In this document: in pieces, positions 52,699-64,000 of the stretch
Position numbering within the stretch: the stretch's first letter is position 1
How the letters are laid out: each line of letters starts with the position of its first letter
Assembly: GCA_951406725.2 (NCBI GenBank)
Contig: OX597816.1
Coordinates: 54,560,001-54,624,000 of the forward strand
Length of the DNA: 64,000 nucleotides
Source of the DNA: Octopus vulgaris
Taxonomy: Eukaryota
Direction: 5' to 3'
Notes under the pieces: model-generated
Told to the model about the DNA's origin: nothing
What the model saw: the letters and a program-made list of their open reading frames with translations, nothing else
Database searches by the model: none
Made by a program: the position numbers and the translations under genes

Positions 52699-52994
52699 TG
52701 TGAGGTATACTTGCCATCTCAATATGGCTAACCACTAAGGGTAGCTTGTAGCCCCAGGAGAACATCGTCTCCAGCTGGCTTTAGGCACACTTTCTGTGCC
52801 CTAAAACTTAGAAACTGCAGTCCGTGCGTATCACTTAGGTTGACGAGGGAAGGGTGACCTCTCTTTGCAAATACCATAAGGGCACAGAAAGTGTGCCTAA
52901 AGCCAGCTGGAGACGATGTTCTCCTGGGGCTACAAGCTACAGTAACACCCACCCTTAGTGGTTAGCCATATTGAGATGGCAAGTATACCTCACA
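52699..52994. repeat. Long near-perfect inverted repeat (about 104-bp arms, 76-bp spacer)
   Basis: 52699-52802 vs 52879-52994, identical apart from a 12-nt indel; the spacer has GAAACTGCAGTC and TTGACGA. Confidence 0.9.
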
Positions 52995-53504
52995 ATATAT
53001 AAATTATTTTAGTTCTAAATGCAGAGATATCTCAGCTGCCAGACAAATAAATGCTATTTTTCCTTATGAGTCCGTGGTGTAATTTTAATCATTTTCTCGT
53101 TTCTCGACATTAGATCACATTGGCTGCCACTTGACTGTTTGTTTTCCCTGCAGTAGGCGACGTGAGTATCGTGCTCCGGTTTGTTTGTTACTATTGACGT
53201 GTTGTCACTGTGATTAGTTTTGAGGGTGTCGTTTTTCTTCAATGACAACAACAACAATAACAACAGTAGCACCAGCAGCATCAAAACACTGACATCGACC
53301 ACAACAGCAACAACATCAAAAGCAGGCAGCTACAACTGCAATAAAAACGATGACAAGAGCAATAACAGCAACAGCAACAAGTACAATCATCAGCATTATC
53401 ATCATGAGCGTTATCGTAGTCATCGTCTTCTTTCATCGCTTCTCTAGATGTTATACTCGCCGAGAATATTCCTTGTAACTCTGATGTGCCCGCCTCTCTC
53501 TCTC

Positions 53505-53842
<338 letters not shown>

Positions 53843-54267
53843 ACTCCCTGGATTTATTGCTCTTAGAAATCGAATACCTTTAAACCCCACCTTTGTTTTT
53901 TTTTTCTCTGGGAAGACCTTTGCTGATTCTGTGTCCCCACGGTAACCAACAAGAATGGTTTCAAAATAACGAGACTATTCTAACTCAACCAATTCCATAG
54001 CAGCCTCCTTCACCCCATTCCTCTATAAACCATTTTGGTCCACCATTTCTATGAAATGCAGTATCGACACACAGACAGACACATACACCACCATCTTTAT
54101 CTCATGAGATTTCAAGTTTCCGCTTCAACATCTGACAACAACAAATGGAATCTAGAGTCGCTGTTTTTAAAGCAATAAATGTTCTTTATTATTAATCCAT
54201 TTTTTGCTGAATCTAAGAAGTCTTTGAGATGAAATCAAACAAATACAAGCGCACACACACACGCACG

Positions 54268-54800
<533 letters not shown>

Positions 54801-54834
54801 AGAGCATCGAGCGGCAATGAGACGAATAAATATT

Positions 54835-55003
54835 ACAGTGGCATTTCGTCCGGTTTTATGTTCTGAGTTCAAATTCCAACGAGGTCGACTCTGCCTCTCA
54901 AGCTTTCGGAGTCGATGAAATAAGTACCAGTTGCGTACTGGGGTCGATGTAATCGACCTATCCGCCCGAATGTGCAGGTCCTCTGTCAAAATTTGAAACT
55001 AAT
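54835..55003 (+). mobile_element. SINE family B, 5'-truncated
   Basis: TTCTGAGTTCAAATTCC..GAGGTCGAC..AAGTACCAG. Confidence 0.8.
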
Positions 55004-55379
55004 ATTATAGCGGTCGCTGTAAGGAAGGGCATCGTATTCACCAACTCTGGTTTCTCTGCTTAAAGCTTTAAGAGTTCCGCTTTGATAAACAAATGACATT
55101 GGTAAGAGATGAAGAAAACAACGGAAACATAGGGAAAAACCTAACAAAATACATATTGGAATTAATTTATAGTAGATATATTAGGTTTGAGGGAATGGTC
55201 ATGGTCGGAGCGATTTAGGGCTAGATCGTCAACTCAGTCGTTGTTGATATGAGGTTAAACAACAACAACGACGCTGACGGCGACGATGAAGACGACGATG
55301 GCAACAAGAATAACGTCCTGTTTGAAGTGAACCAGTGTATAATATATGTAAGAAGAAATGGCGACTTATAACTGGTCCT

Positions 55380-55686
55380 CCGTCGGTTGGGACGACTAGT
55401 GTTCCAGTTGATCCGATCCCCCACTCGGGAAATTAATGTGTGAGTGAATGAGCACTCCACGGACTTTTGGGCCCTTTACATAATTCTCAGGGAGATTGAG
55501 TGTGAGAGAATGTGGCGAGGTTGACCCTTTGTAATTACTGGTACAACGCGTTTTGGCCAGCTGAGTGGACTGGAGCAACGTGAAATTAAAGTGTCTTGCA
55601 CACGGACACAGGCGCCAGTCAGGAATCGAAATCACCATCTTACGATCGTAAGCCGAATGATCTAACCAGTAAGCCACGTGCCTTCA
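55380..55686 (-). mobile_element. SINE family C
   Basis: Homologous to 5610-5912; head GAAGGCACGTGGCTTACTGGTTAG. Confidence 0.85.
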
Positions 55687-55699
55687 CTGGATTCAATAA

Positions 55700-55913
55700 T
55701 AATGGTTTCAAAGTTTGGCACAAAGCCAGCAATTTCGGAGGCGGGAGGATTAAATCGATTACATCGACCCCGGTGCTCATCGGGTACTTATTTTATCTTA
55801 GCGAATGAAAAGCATAATCAAGCCCGGCAGAATTTGAACTCAGAATGTAAAGATGGACGAAATGTCGCTAAACATTTTGTGCGGCATGCTAACGATTCTG
55901 CCAGCTTGATGCC
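55700..55913 (-). mobile_element. SINE family B
   Basis: Reverse homology to the family B consensus seen in the window. Confidence 0.75.
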
Positions 55914-56049
55914 ATAGTGGATTGAATAATATTGACTCCGCAAATGATGGAGGTTATTTCAATGACATAATTGAGTCCACGAAGACACGAACTCAGTGAA
56001 GTAACTCAACAAAGTATTACGTCCCTCTGTGAATTCTACCAATTCTATT

Positions 56050-56922
56050 AGTCTATCATCATCGTTTGTGACACAATGAAAAAACTGCTTATGCATCCTC
56101 ACCTTTCCAATATTGTTGCCCCCAAGGCGGCGAGCTGGCAGAAACGAGTGCCTCATGAATTGTCAGAAAATGGGTGCCCCATGAATTGTCCAAAAGCAAT
56201 CGCAAATTCCGAGTTGACATATGCTCTTCTCTCCATTCTCACGAACTCATTTCACCCTTTTTGGATAGACTTGTGACTGCTGAAGAAAAATGGATCTTCT
56301 ATCGAAATGTTAAACGTCGTAAACAGTAGCTTGTTAAAAGGGAAAATGCTCAACCACAACCGAGAAAGGAACTTCATGGGGAAAAGGTTCTTCTCTCTAT
56401 CTGGTGGGACTGCGAAAGAGTAATTCACTTTGAATTGTAACCACCTAATGTAACAATCAACGCTCAAGTCTACTGTCAGCAGTTAGAGCGTTTGAACCAA
56501 GCTTTGAAGAAAAAATGATTCGCTTTAGTCAAACGAAAAGGAGTGATGCTTCATCGGGACAATGTGCGACCCCACACTGCAAAGATCACATCACAGAAGA
56601 TCGAAGAGCCTGGTTGGGAAAAATTCATCATCTAACTTATTCTCCCGACCTTATTCCTTCTAGATACCATTTGTTTCATAGTTTACAGAATTATTAGGGG
56701 GACATAACTTTCGCAAGCCAGGATGAGGTCGAAACTGACATTTCCCAGTTCTTCGCTTTGAAACCAAAAGAGTTTTACATTGATGGGATTAAAAAGCTTG
56801 TAAATGGATGGAAGAAAGTCATAGATAATCAGGGTAAGTGCATTAATGATTAAATTTCTATTAAATATAACAATTGATCACTTTATTCAAAATTCGGACA
56901 GAGCTTATGGGATGATCTGATA
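56050..56922 (+). mobile_element. mariner (DD34D) transposon, 5'-truncated and disrupted
   Basis: WVPHEL, LVTAEEKWIFY, KVLLSIWWD, LHRDNVRPHTA, YSPDLIPS.YHLF motifs; TIR-like CGGACAGAGCTTATGGGATGATCTGATA then TA. Confidence 0.9.
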
Positions 56923-57324
56923 TAGGTACAGGTTTTTGTAAAGTATCTAGGTGCGTTACCCTAGTAGAAAGCTCGTGAGACAAGCGGGTTTCCTTCTTGT
57001 CATCGATAAATATGTAATTAGAAGGAGGTCAGTATCAAGGTTTACAGTTGAACGTGTTCCATTATCCTCTGTGGCATAGAGAGGAGTGAGCTTACCAAGG
57101 CAGTGAGGTGAGAAAGGTCGTAGACAAGAACACACCGATCGGAAGTCCCCGATTTTGGGGGAGTCACATTTCCTTATTTTTAATGTTATCTGTATTTGCT
57201 ATTTTCTTCTGTTAATTCGACATTTTGTTGTCACACATATGTAAGTACAACGATGTACAAACAAATGTGTGTGTATATGTATATTGTGTGTAAACGTGTA
57301 TATATATATATATGTGTGTGTGTG

Positions 57325-57620
57325 AGGGCGCATAGCTCAGTGGTTAGAGCATCGGGATTATAATCATGAGGTAGTGAACAGGCTGTGTGTTGTGTTCTTG
57401 AGCAAGATACTTTATTTCACGTTGCTCCAGTTCACTTAGCTGTAGAAATGAGTTGCGTAGTCACTGGTGCCAAGTTGTATCAGCCCCTTTGCCTTTCCCT
57501 TAGATAAAATTCAGTGGTGTGGAGAAGGGAGGCTGGTATGCATGAACGACTGCTGGTCTTCCATAAACGATCTTGCTCTGACTTGTGCCTTGGAGGTGAG
57601 CATTTTATATGCAATCCCAT
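57325..57620 (+). mobile_element. SINE family C variant
   Basis: tRNA-like head TAGCTCAGTGGTTAGAGC; TTGAGCAAGATACTTTATTTCACGTTGCTCCAG body. Confidence 0.8.
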
Positions 57621-57621
57621 G

Positions 57622-57650
<29 letters not shown>

Positions 57651-57652
<2 letters not shown>

Positions 57653-58053
57653 TCTTTTACTCTTTTACTTGTTTCAGTCATTTGACTGCGGCCATGCTGG
57701 AGCACCGCCTTTAGTCGAGCAAATCGACCCCGGGACTTATTCTTTGTAAGCCCAGTACTTATTCTATCGGTCTCTTTTTTGCCGAACCGCTAAGTGACGG
57801 GGACGTAAACACACCAGCATCGGTTGTCAAGCAATGCTAGGGAGACAAACACAGATACACAAACACACACACATATATATATATACATATATACGACAGG
57901 CTTCTTTCAGTTTCCGCCTACCAAATCCACTCACAAGGCATTGGTCGGCCCGGGGCTATAGCAGAAGACACTTGCCTAAGGTGCCACGCAGTGGGACTGA
58001 ACCCGGAACCATGTGGTTGGTTAGCAAGCTACTTACCACACAGCCACTCCTGC

Positions 58054-58056
<3 letters not shown>
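57651..58056 (-). mobile_element. SINE family A, well preserved
   Basis: Close reverse-complement match to 62-476. Confidence 0.92.
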
Positions 58057-58089
<33 letters not shown>

Positions 58090-59022
58090 ATCAGTTATAA
58101 TAACAACAATTATACATTAAGCTGATGTGTTACTTGTAGAGTGCAAATTTACAATTCTCAAACAAGAATATTACTGACAGTGACTTCGAAGTTTCATCCA
58201 GTTAACCCATAGTCAGACTTAGATACATTAACCTCAGTTAATGCATCTCAGTCTATGTAAGGCCAAGTTAATCTTGACTTTATATAGTTTCTAATTAAAG
58301 CACCATTCAAACCCACTCACCCAAGAAAAGGCTTAACTCAACAGAGTTTATATAACATCAAGGTTAACCGCTATGAAGTTCAACGATGGCTGAACTGCCC
58401 AAAACTTCGAACTCTCTGTCAATAATATATTTTCAATAATATATAAGAACACACACACACACACACACATACACACACATACGAATGCCTGCAGGCTGGT
58501 GTTTGTATGTTTATGCGTATGTACATGCGTGCCCACACAATGACAGAAGCAAACATGATTTATTGAACACACATAACTAATCTCCTGCAGAGACAGACAA
58601 ACAACATTCTCTCCATAAGCCTGTAATGTCTTATATAAAGATTAATAAAAGTTTGTAAACGCACTGTTCCGAAATATTAAGAGAAAGAGAGAGAGTCGCC
58701 ATTTCTACAAATTGTTTGGTAACTTATATGTCCCTTGCAAGCAGCAGCACCTGATCAACACAACGAAATATTTTGTGGCAGACTTGACTAACCACCAAAT
58801 ACTTTTATCTTTGCTGCATTTAACATTTAATTTTCGAAGTGAATGTCTTTCAAAATAGATGTCGCTTTTGACTGACACATCTGTACCACCACTACGTATT
58901 GAATACCATAGATTTATATCATCAATTGAGACAGGAACATTTGAAAGCTTATCTATGAAATTTGGTTATCACATGGCATATTATACAGTTTTTATACGGC
59001 TGACGTACTAAAGCCTATATAA

Positions 59023-59073
<51 letters not shown>

Positions 59074-59082
59074 CATATATAT

Positions 59083-59117
<35 letters not shown>

Positions 59118-59122
59118 CACAT

Positions 59123-59189
<67 letters not shown>

Positions 59190-59941
59190 GTGTTGCATAC
59201 AAAGTGAGCAATAAAAATGTTTTGAAAGCAAGACTGTGGAGGGTGTAATGGCGCACTGATTAAACTTAACGATGATGATAAGGAAATGTTTTCGAATTTG
59301 AATAATTATCATAAAGTGAATGACGTTGTCTTGGCTGCTGGAAATGGTGGAGGTGGTAGGTTATATGGCGAGCAATTATTTGTCATCGAGAGACTAGTAA
59401 ACCTACTTAATGCTACTATGTATGTAAGCATGTGTGTGTGTGTGTGTGTATGTGTGTGTGTGCGCGCGACGCGCGGTTGTGTGTGTTTGCGTGTGCACAC
59501 CCATGTGTATATTTAAACGTATACATATATATATATATATGTATATATATAGACACACACACAACGCGCACGTGCACTCACATACACATGTTGGCTCTCC
59601 ATCGATTTCTTGTGGAGCCACTTTAGTATTTTGGACATACACATCTAACAGAGACGCATGTACTTCTGCTCTGGGCCCTCAGAGGACGATCTAATTCTCT
59701 GTTTGGAATGTTTCATGACAACGTACCATATAATCTTATCAAGAAAAACATCAACATCATCAGCATCACCTTTGAGCTTTCATCGAAAGCAGATTTCCCG
59801 CTCGAGACTAGATTAGCAATTAGTAGATACTTGGACATAAAGAACAGCAGTGTATGCAAAATAAGTATCGCTTTGGGATAAGCAGGCATGTGACTTTATG
59901 CAGTTTCCAAGCATTATACTTCATATTTGACGGTCAATTCG

Positions 59942-59976
<35 letters not shown>

Positions 59977-60000
59977 GCATGCGTACATGCATACATACAT

Positions 60001-60378
60001 AGTTTGGGACAGAGGAGCAAAGGTATGCCATGCAGATATAAATATCTCTATGAAAGAGAGGATATCTATGGACAACTGCTTCGAAACCTGCAGCTTCTAT
60101 ATCCAGACTATGAATTCATATTGATATCAATAATAATTGGAGCACTAGGTTTTGTTAGTAAATGCTTAAAGGAGAATCTGGATTAACTGGGATTTTCAGA
60201 AAGAGAAATCGACCGGCTAATTCGTACATTACAGTAAAAGTATGCAAAATTTTCTTAAGTTCCAAATATGAATTTGTCTGTGTTAACTATATCCCAAAGA
60301 TGGAGCCTTGTGTCTTTGTTGGAAACCAGCTCCCTCCTCAGTGGGAGGTTTATAATAATTAAGAAATAGAAGAGACAT
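60001..60378 (+). mobile_element. R4/Dong LINE short 3' fragment
   Basis: VWDRGAKVC..ADIN..EREDIYGQLLRNLQLLYPDYEFILISIIIGALGFV; 3' UTR motif GATGGAGCC..GGAAACCAGCTCC; starts immediately after (CATA)n. Confidence 0.85.
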
Positions 60379-60387
60379 ACACACATT

Positions 60388-61915
60388 CCTCATCAGATAT
60401 AGGGAAAATCAGTTAAATGTGACAACCGACGCAGACTTTGAGGAGATAACACCGAAGATATCACCCTCATCATAAGCAGTTGTCCGAAAATGTTAGCACG
60501 GTATTATCTACCGATGAGACATGATGTAGCTGGGACACTCTGCAATGAAACCCGTCGGAAGGATAACTCCGAAGACAAAGAAAAAACCCCCACAGTATGG
60601 TAGAAGCCGTTGCCGCTCATAATAAAAAGGAGTACTGGTGGAATGTTGCAGTGAAGACCTCAATAAAATGTAAGCACAACAGAACTGACATAATCATTTG
60701 AAATAGAGAAGAGAAATTGTGTACAGTTGTGGAAAGTAGCTGCCCAGCGGATGTTAGCATAAACCTGAAGATCAGTGAAAAAGAGAATGCCTATGCTGAA
60801 CTATTGAGAAATCTGCAGTTATTCTATCCAGATTACAGGTTCAGATTTATACCTGTAAGTTTTGGAGCCCTGGGATATGTAACACCCTGCTTAGTTACCA
60901 GTCTTGAGAAATTAGGCTTCTCAAAACCAGAAAGAAGAAAGCTAGTTCGATGACTAGAGACCTAATCTATCACTGGAACTGTAAAATCTGCAAGACCCTC
61001 CAAAAGTTTAGCATTTTGATATATATGAGCATGTCTAGATATACAACTATATGCATGAGAATACATACATAAAACAAACCATACAAATCTGCACATATAT
61101 ATACAAATATATACATACATACGTGCATACATACATACATACATACATACATACATACATAAATGGTGGCTGACCCCTCGTTATCGAGTATGGCCATTGC
61201 ACGAAGCTTAATCAATGTTGTTATCGTGCAATGCCTGTGCAAGAAGATTTTTTTTAAAGTGAGGAAAGGCTGTGCACTGAGTCAATCCCACTCACTAAGC
61301 AACAGCAGCCATAATCCGAAAAGAGGAACAAGTCAACATCATCGGTAACCACCGAGCCGCAGGTTTTATGTCGGAGTTATCCCAGTTACCTGAGTTACCT
61401 TCTCCTAGAAGGATGCCCTAACGAAGGCTAGGAGTCCTTCACTCCCAATGGTTTAACCGCGCGATCGGGTATTTAGTCCGATTATTTCTATGTCCCCGCG
61501 CATGATACAGCCTTAAGACATTTATTGGATGGCCGTTGACTCTCAAGAGTTCTACCGCCCTTTGACGGGTTTTGTTTTTCATCCCGCAGGGTGTCCAATA
61601 AACACCTTCCTCACCAAGCAAGCTTGGTGGGATTGCCAGTTTAGTCGCCGACAACCCGACCATGCAACAGGTTGTACTGGGTTACATGTTGCCAGCAGCA
61701 CTCGAAAGTGACCTGACATACATACATACATACATAGATACATACATACATACATACATACATACATACATACATACATACATACATACAAACAAACAAA
61801 CAAAACCACCCTGTTGTTGATGCTGAAATTCCAATGAAGAAGTTTTGGATCTACATTAGAGAGCGGCTCTTTCTCTATCGACAAGAAATCTTCAAATAAA
61901 ACTGAACAATGACAT
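60388..61915 (+). mobile_element. R4/Dong LINE 3' end (CCHC + RLE + 3' UTR), split by an RTE-derived insertion
   Basis: CDNRRRL..EDITLIISSCPKMLARYYLPMRHD, EYWWNVAVKTSIKCKHNRTDIII, CTVVESSCPAD..GALGYV; the 3' UTR resumes at about 61790-61915 and ends in CATGCATACATAC. Confidence 0.85.
61163..61715 (-). mobile_element. Non-autonomous bipartite RTE-derived element (5' UTR-like segment + RTE 3' tail)
   Basis: The 3' about 45 nt match the RTE end at 30873-30915; GGCATCCTTCTAGGAGAAGGTAACTC resembles RTE 5' UTR motifs; no ORF; (CATA)n on both sides. Confidence 0.65.
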
Positions 61916-64000
61916 GCATACATACATACACACACAGACACACAAACACACGCATAGAATCACACGCACACACACACACGTCTGGTGCTGCGTAAAGCAC
62001 CCGTGCGGCGGCACGTAAAAGCGCCCGTGTGACACCCCGTAAAAATAACCATGCGACACTATGTAAAAAGCAGTCAGCAGATACGGTACACACACACACA
62101 TACAAACACATACACATATACGCATGTGGGTGTGTTTATTAGATGTACGGTGTGTGTGCATGTATGTATGTATGCATGTATGTATGTATGTATGTATGTA
62201 TGTATGTATGTATGTATGTATGTATGTATGTATGTGTGAGTGCATGTACGTTAGTGCCTGCTATATAGGCGTGCACAGGCGAACGCATAAGAGGCACGTG
62301 TGTGAGAATATGAGTGCAAATGTCCGCGAGGGCATGTCTGGGGGGGGGCATATTTGGGTGTGTATGTATGTGAGAATGTGTGTGTGAATGTGTATATGTG
62401 TGTGTGTGTGCATGAGCATAATTTTGCTTTTGCTATTTACATTTGGACTTCCTGTGCTTCTCCATTCGATAATTTTAAACCTGGAAGGGACGGGCTTATG
62501 TCAGAGGCCTGCGGAGCTTAAGTCGCATGTAGCCGAATCAAATTGTTTTAAATAGTACGTGTGCCTCCCACTTAATGCTTTGCAGAGTCACGCGGGGGTT
62601 AGTGGTTAGTGGGGGTTAGTGCAATAGCTCAGTTTCCATGTGATCGCTTTCGTAACATTATTTGAAAAAGCAGGAAAAATTTACAGCAACATTCTCTACA
62701 GTAATTTATGTAAACCATATCCGTACCAACCTGAAAATACTGCATGAAAACACTACTGCAAAAAAAAGACTTCGGCGAAATTTTACCATTATGAAAAAAA
62801 AAACCAAGTAGAAGAACAGGTCACCAACAACAACGGATTCGACACGGTCAAATGACCAACAAACATTCCATTGTTTCTCGTATCAGGAAAACATCACCAG
62901 TTTACCTTAAACATTAGCAGGACTCAATAAGAACCGTTATAGTCATTCAGAATATCAGGTCTCTTTAACAGCAAGGACTTCCAAAGATGAAAACACACTG
63001 TTAACATAGGTCGAACCGCATCCGAAAGAATTGTTGTCTATAAAATTCAAATGAAATGCACAAAGGACTATTACTCCCCCACTTAGAACGGCAGGGTTAC
63101 TATCTAAACGAACACACATGCTGCACCATATCCAATTTAACACAATATTCCAGTAATACTCTAGATTTTGGTTGGAGTATGTACCTCTCTCTACTGCTTT
63201 TATACTGCCTTCGCGTTGGAGTATATTTCCTCTGTCTATCTAATGCTTCCATAAGGACCTCTGCTACTCGGTCCTGGCTGCTATGCTGCCACCCCCACAA
63301 ACCTCTGATTCAGTTGCTTTGCCTCACACCAGCACCACCACCACCACCACCATCTATGTTAACTGTTTCAGAAGACCCGCTAAGTTCTCATGTGCTGTCC
63401 TTCCTTCCCCACATAACAATTAAAACCAAATGGCTGTTACATTTGAAATTGAATGGTTGAGTCTGGAACAGGTACTGTTAAATGAAAATATTCGCTATTG
63501 CTAAAGTGAAATTCAGCTAATTTTAAAAAATACAATCCATAAGAATTGTGTTTTAATTACTCTTTTAATTATAATTAATTAACTGCAAAATCATAAAAAT
63601 ACATGTTATTCCTAATGGTGAGATTTAACTGTTTCAAAAATATCTAAAAATTAGTAATTAGTATTTTAATTAATTAACTGTAAAAGCATTTTCGTCTTAC
63701 GGTAAATTTAGTGAGTTTTTATTCGTAGAATTAGGAAGCATTTCTAAGCAGATAAAATACAAGAAATATACAAAATATGTTTGCTAAGAAGAGTTTAACA
63801 ATATTAAATTCATAGGACAAGATTTTTTGTTTTCCAATAAAACAAAATAATTTCCAATATTTCATCAAATCCGTCCTGTGCCTTTGTCATTAACTTACAT
63901 TCACCACTAGGCTATTGTTTACTTTCTCAAATTTCCGATGACGGATATTTTATCGACTTTGTCTGCATCCAAGCTATTTTGGGGGATGTACTATGCTAGT

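Noticed and set aside
57325-57380. tRNA-like TAGCTCAGTGGTTAGAGC
   Set aside because: It is the head of a SINE that continues into the family C body; the T arm is deleted.
62594-62620. GGTTAG repeats resembling telomeric sequence
   Set aside because: Only three imperfect units.
62780-63460. Possible LINE ORF1 remnant or exon (134-aa ORF)
   Set aside because: No recognisable domain or splice context.

Overview
AT-rich, microsatellite-dense eukaryotic non-coding DNA. The tRNA-derived SINE families and LINE content look like an octopus (cephalopod) genome; this is inferred from repeat content only. No intact host gene was found, and almost all ORFs in the supplied track are microsatellite artefacts. 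The window is a mosaic of decayed mobile elements. These include three SINE families, Penelope-like elements (RT, GIY-YIG and pseudo-LTR pieces), R4/Dong-clade RLE LINEs, CR1-type and RTE LINEs, Tc1 (DD34E), mariner (DD34D), a DD37D maT-type fragment, and a hAT MITE. Two signals stand out. (1) About ten hammerhead-ribozyme motifs, intact to degenerate, with palindromic stem III, sit in Penelope-type pLTR/retrozyme-like repeats that form tandem, inverted and foldback structures, usually next to (TA)n tracts. (2) Several R4/Dong-like LINE copies have ends abutting (CATA)n repeats and share a covarying 3' UTR RNA structure, suggesting a (CATA)n-targeting retrotransposon. Boundaries of degenerate elements are approximate and were read by eye.
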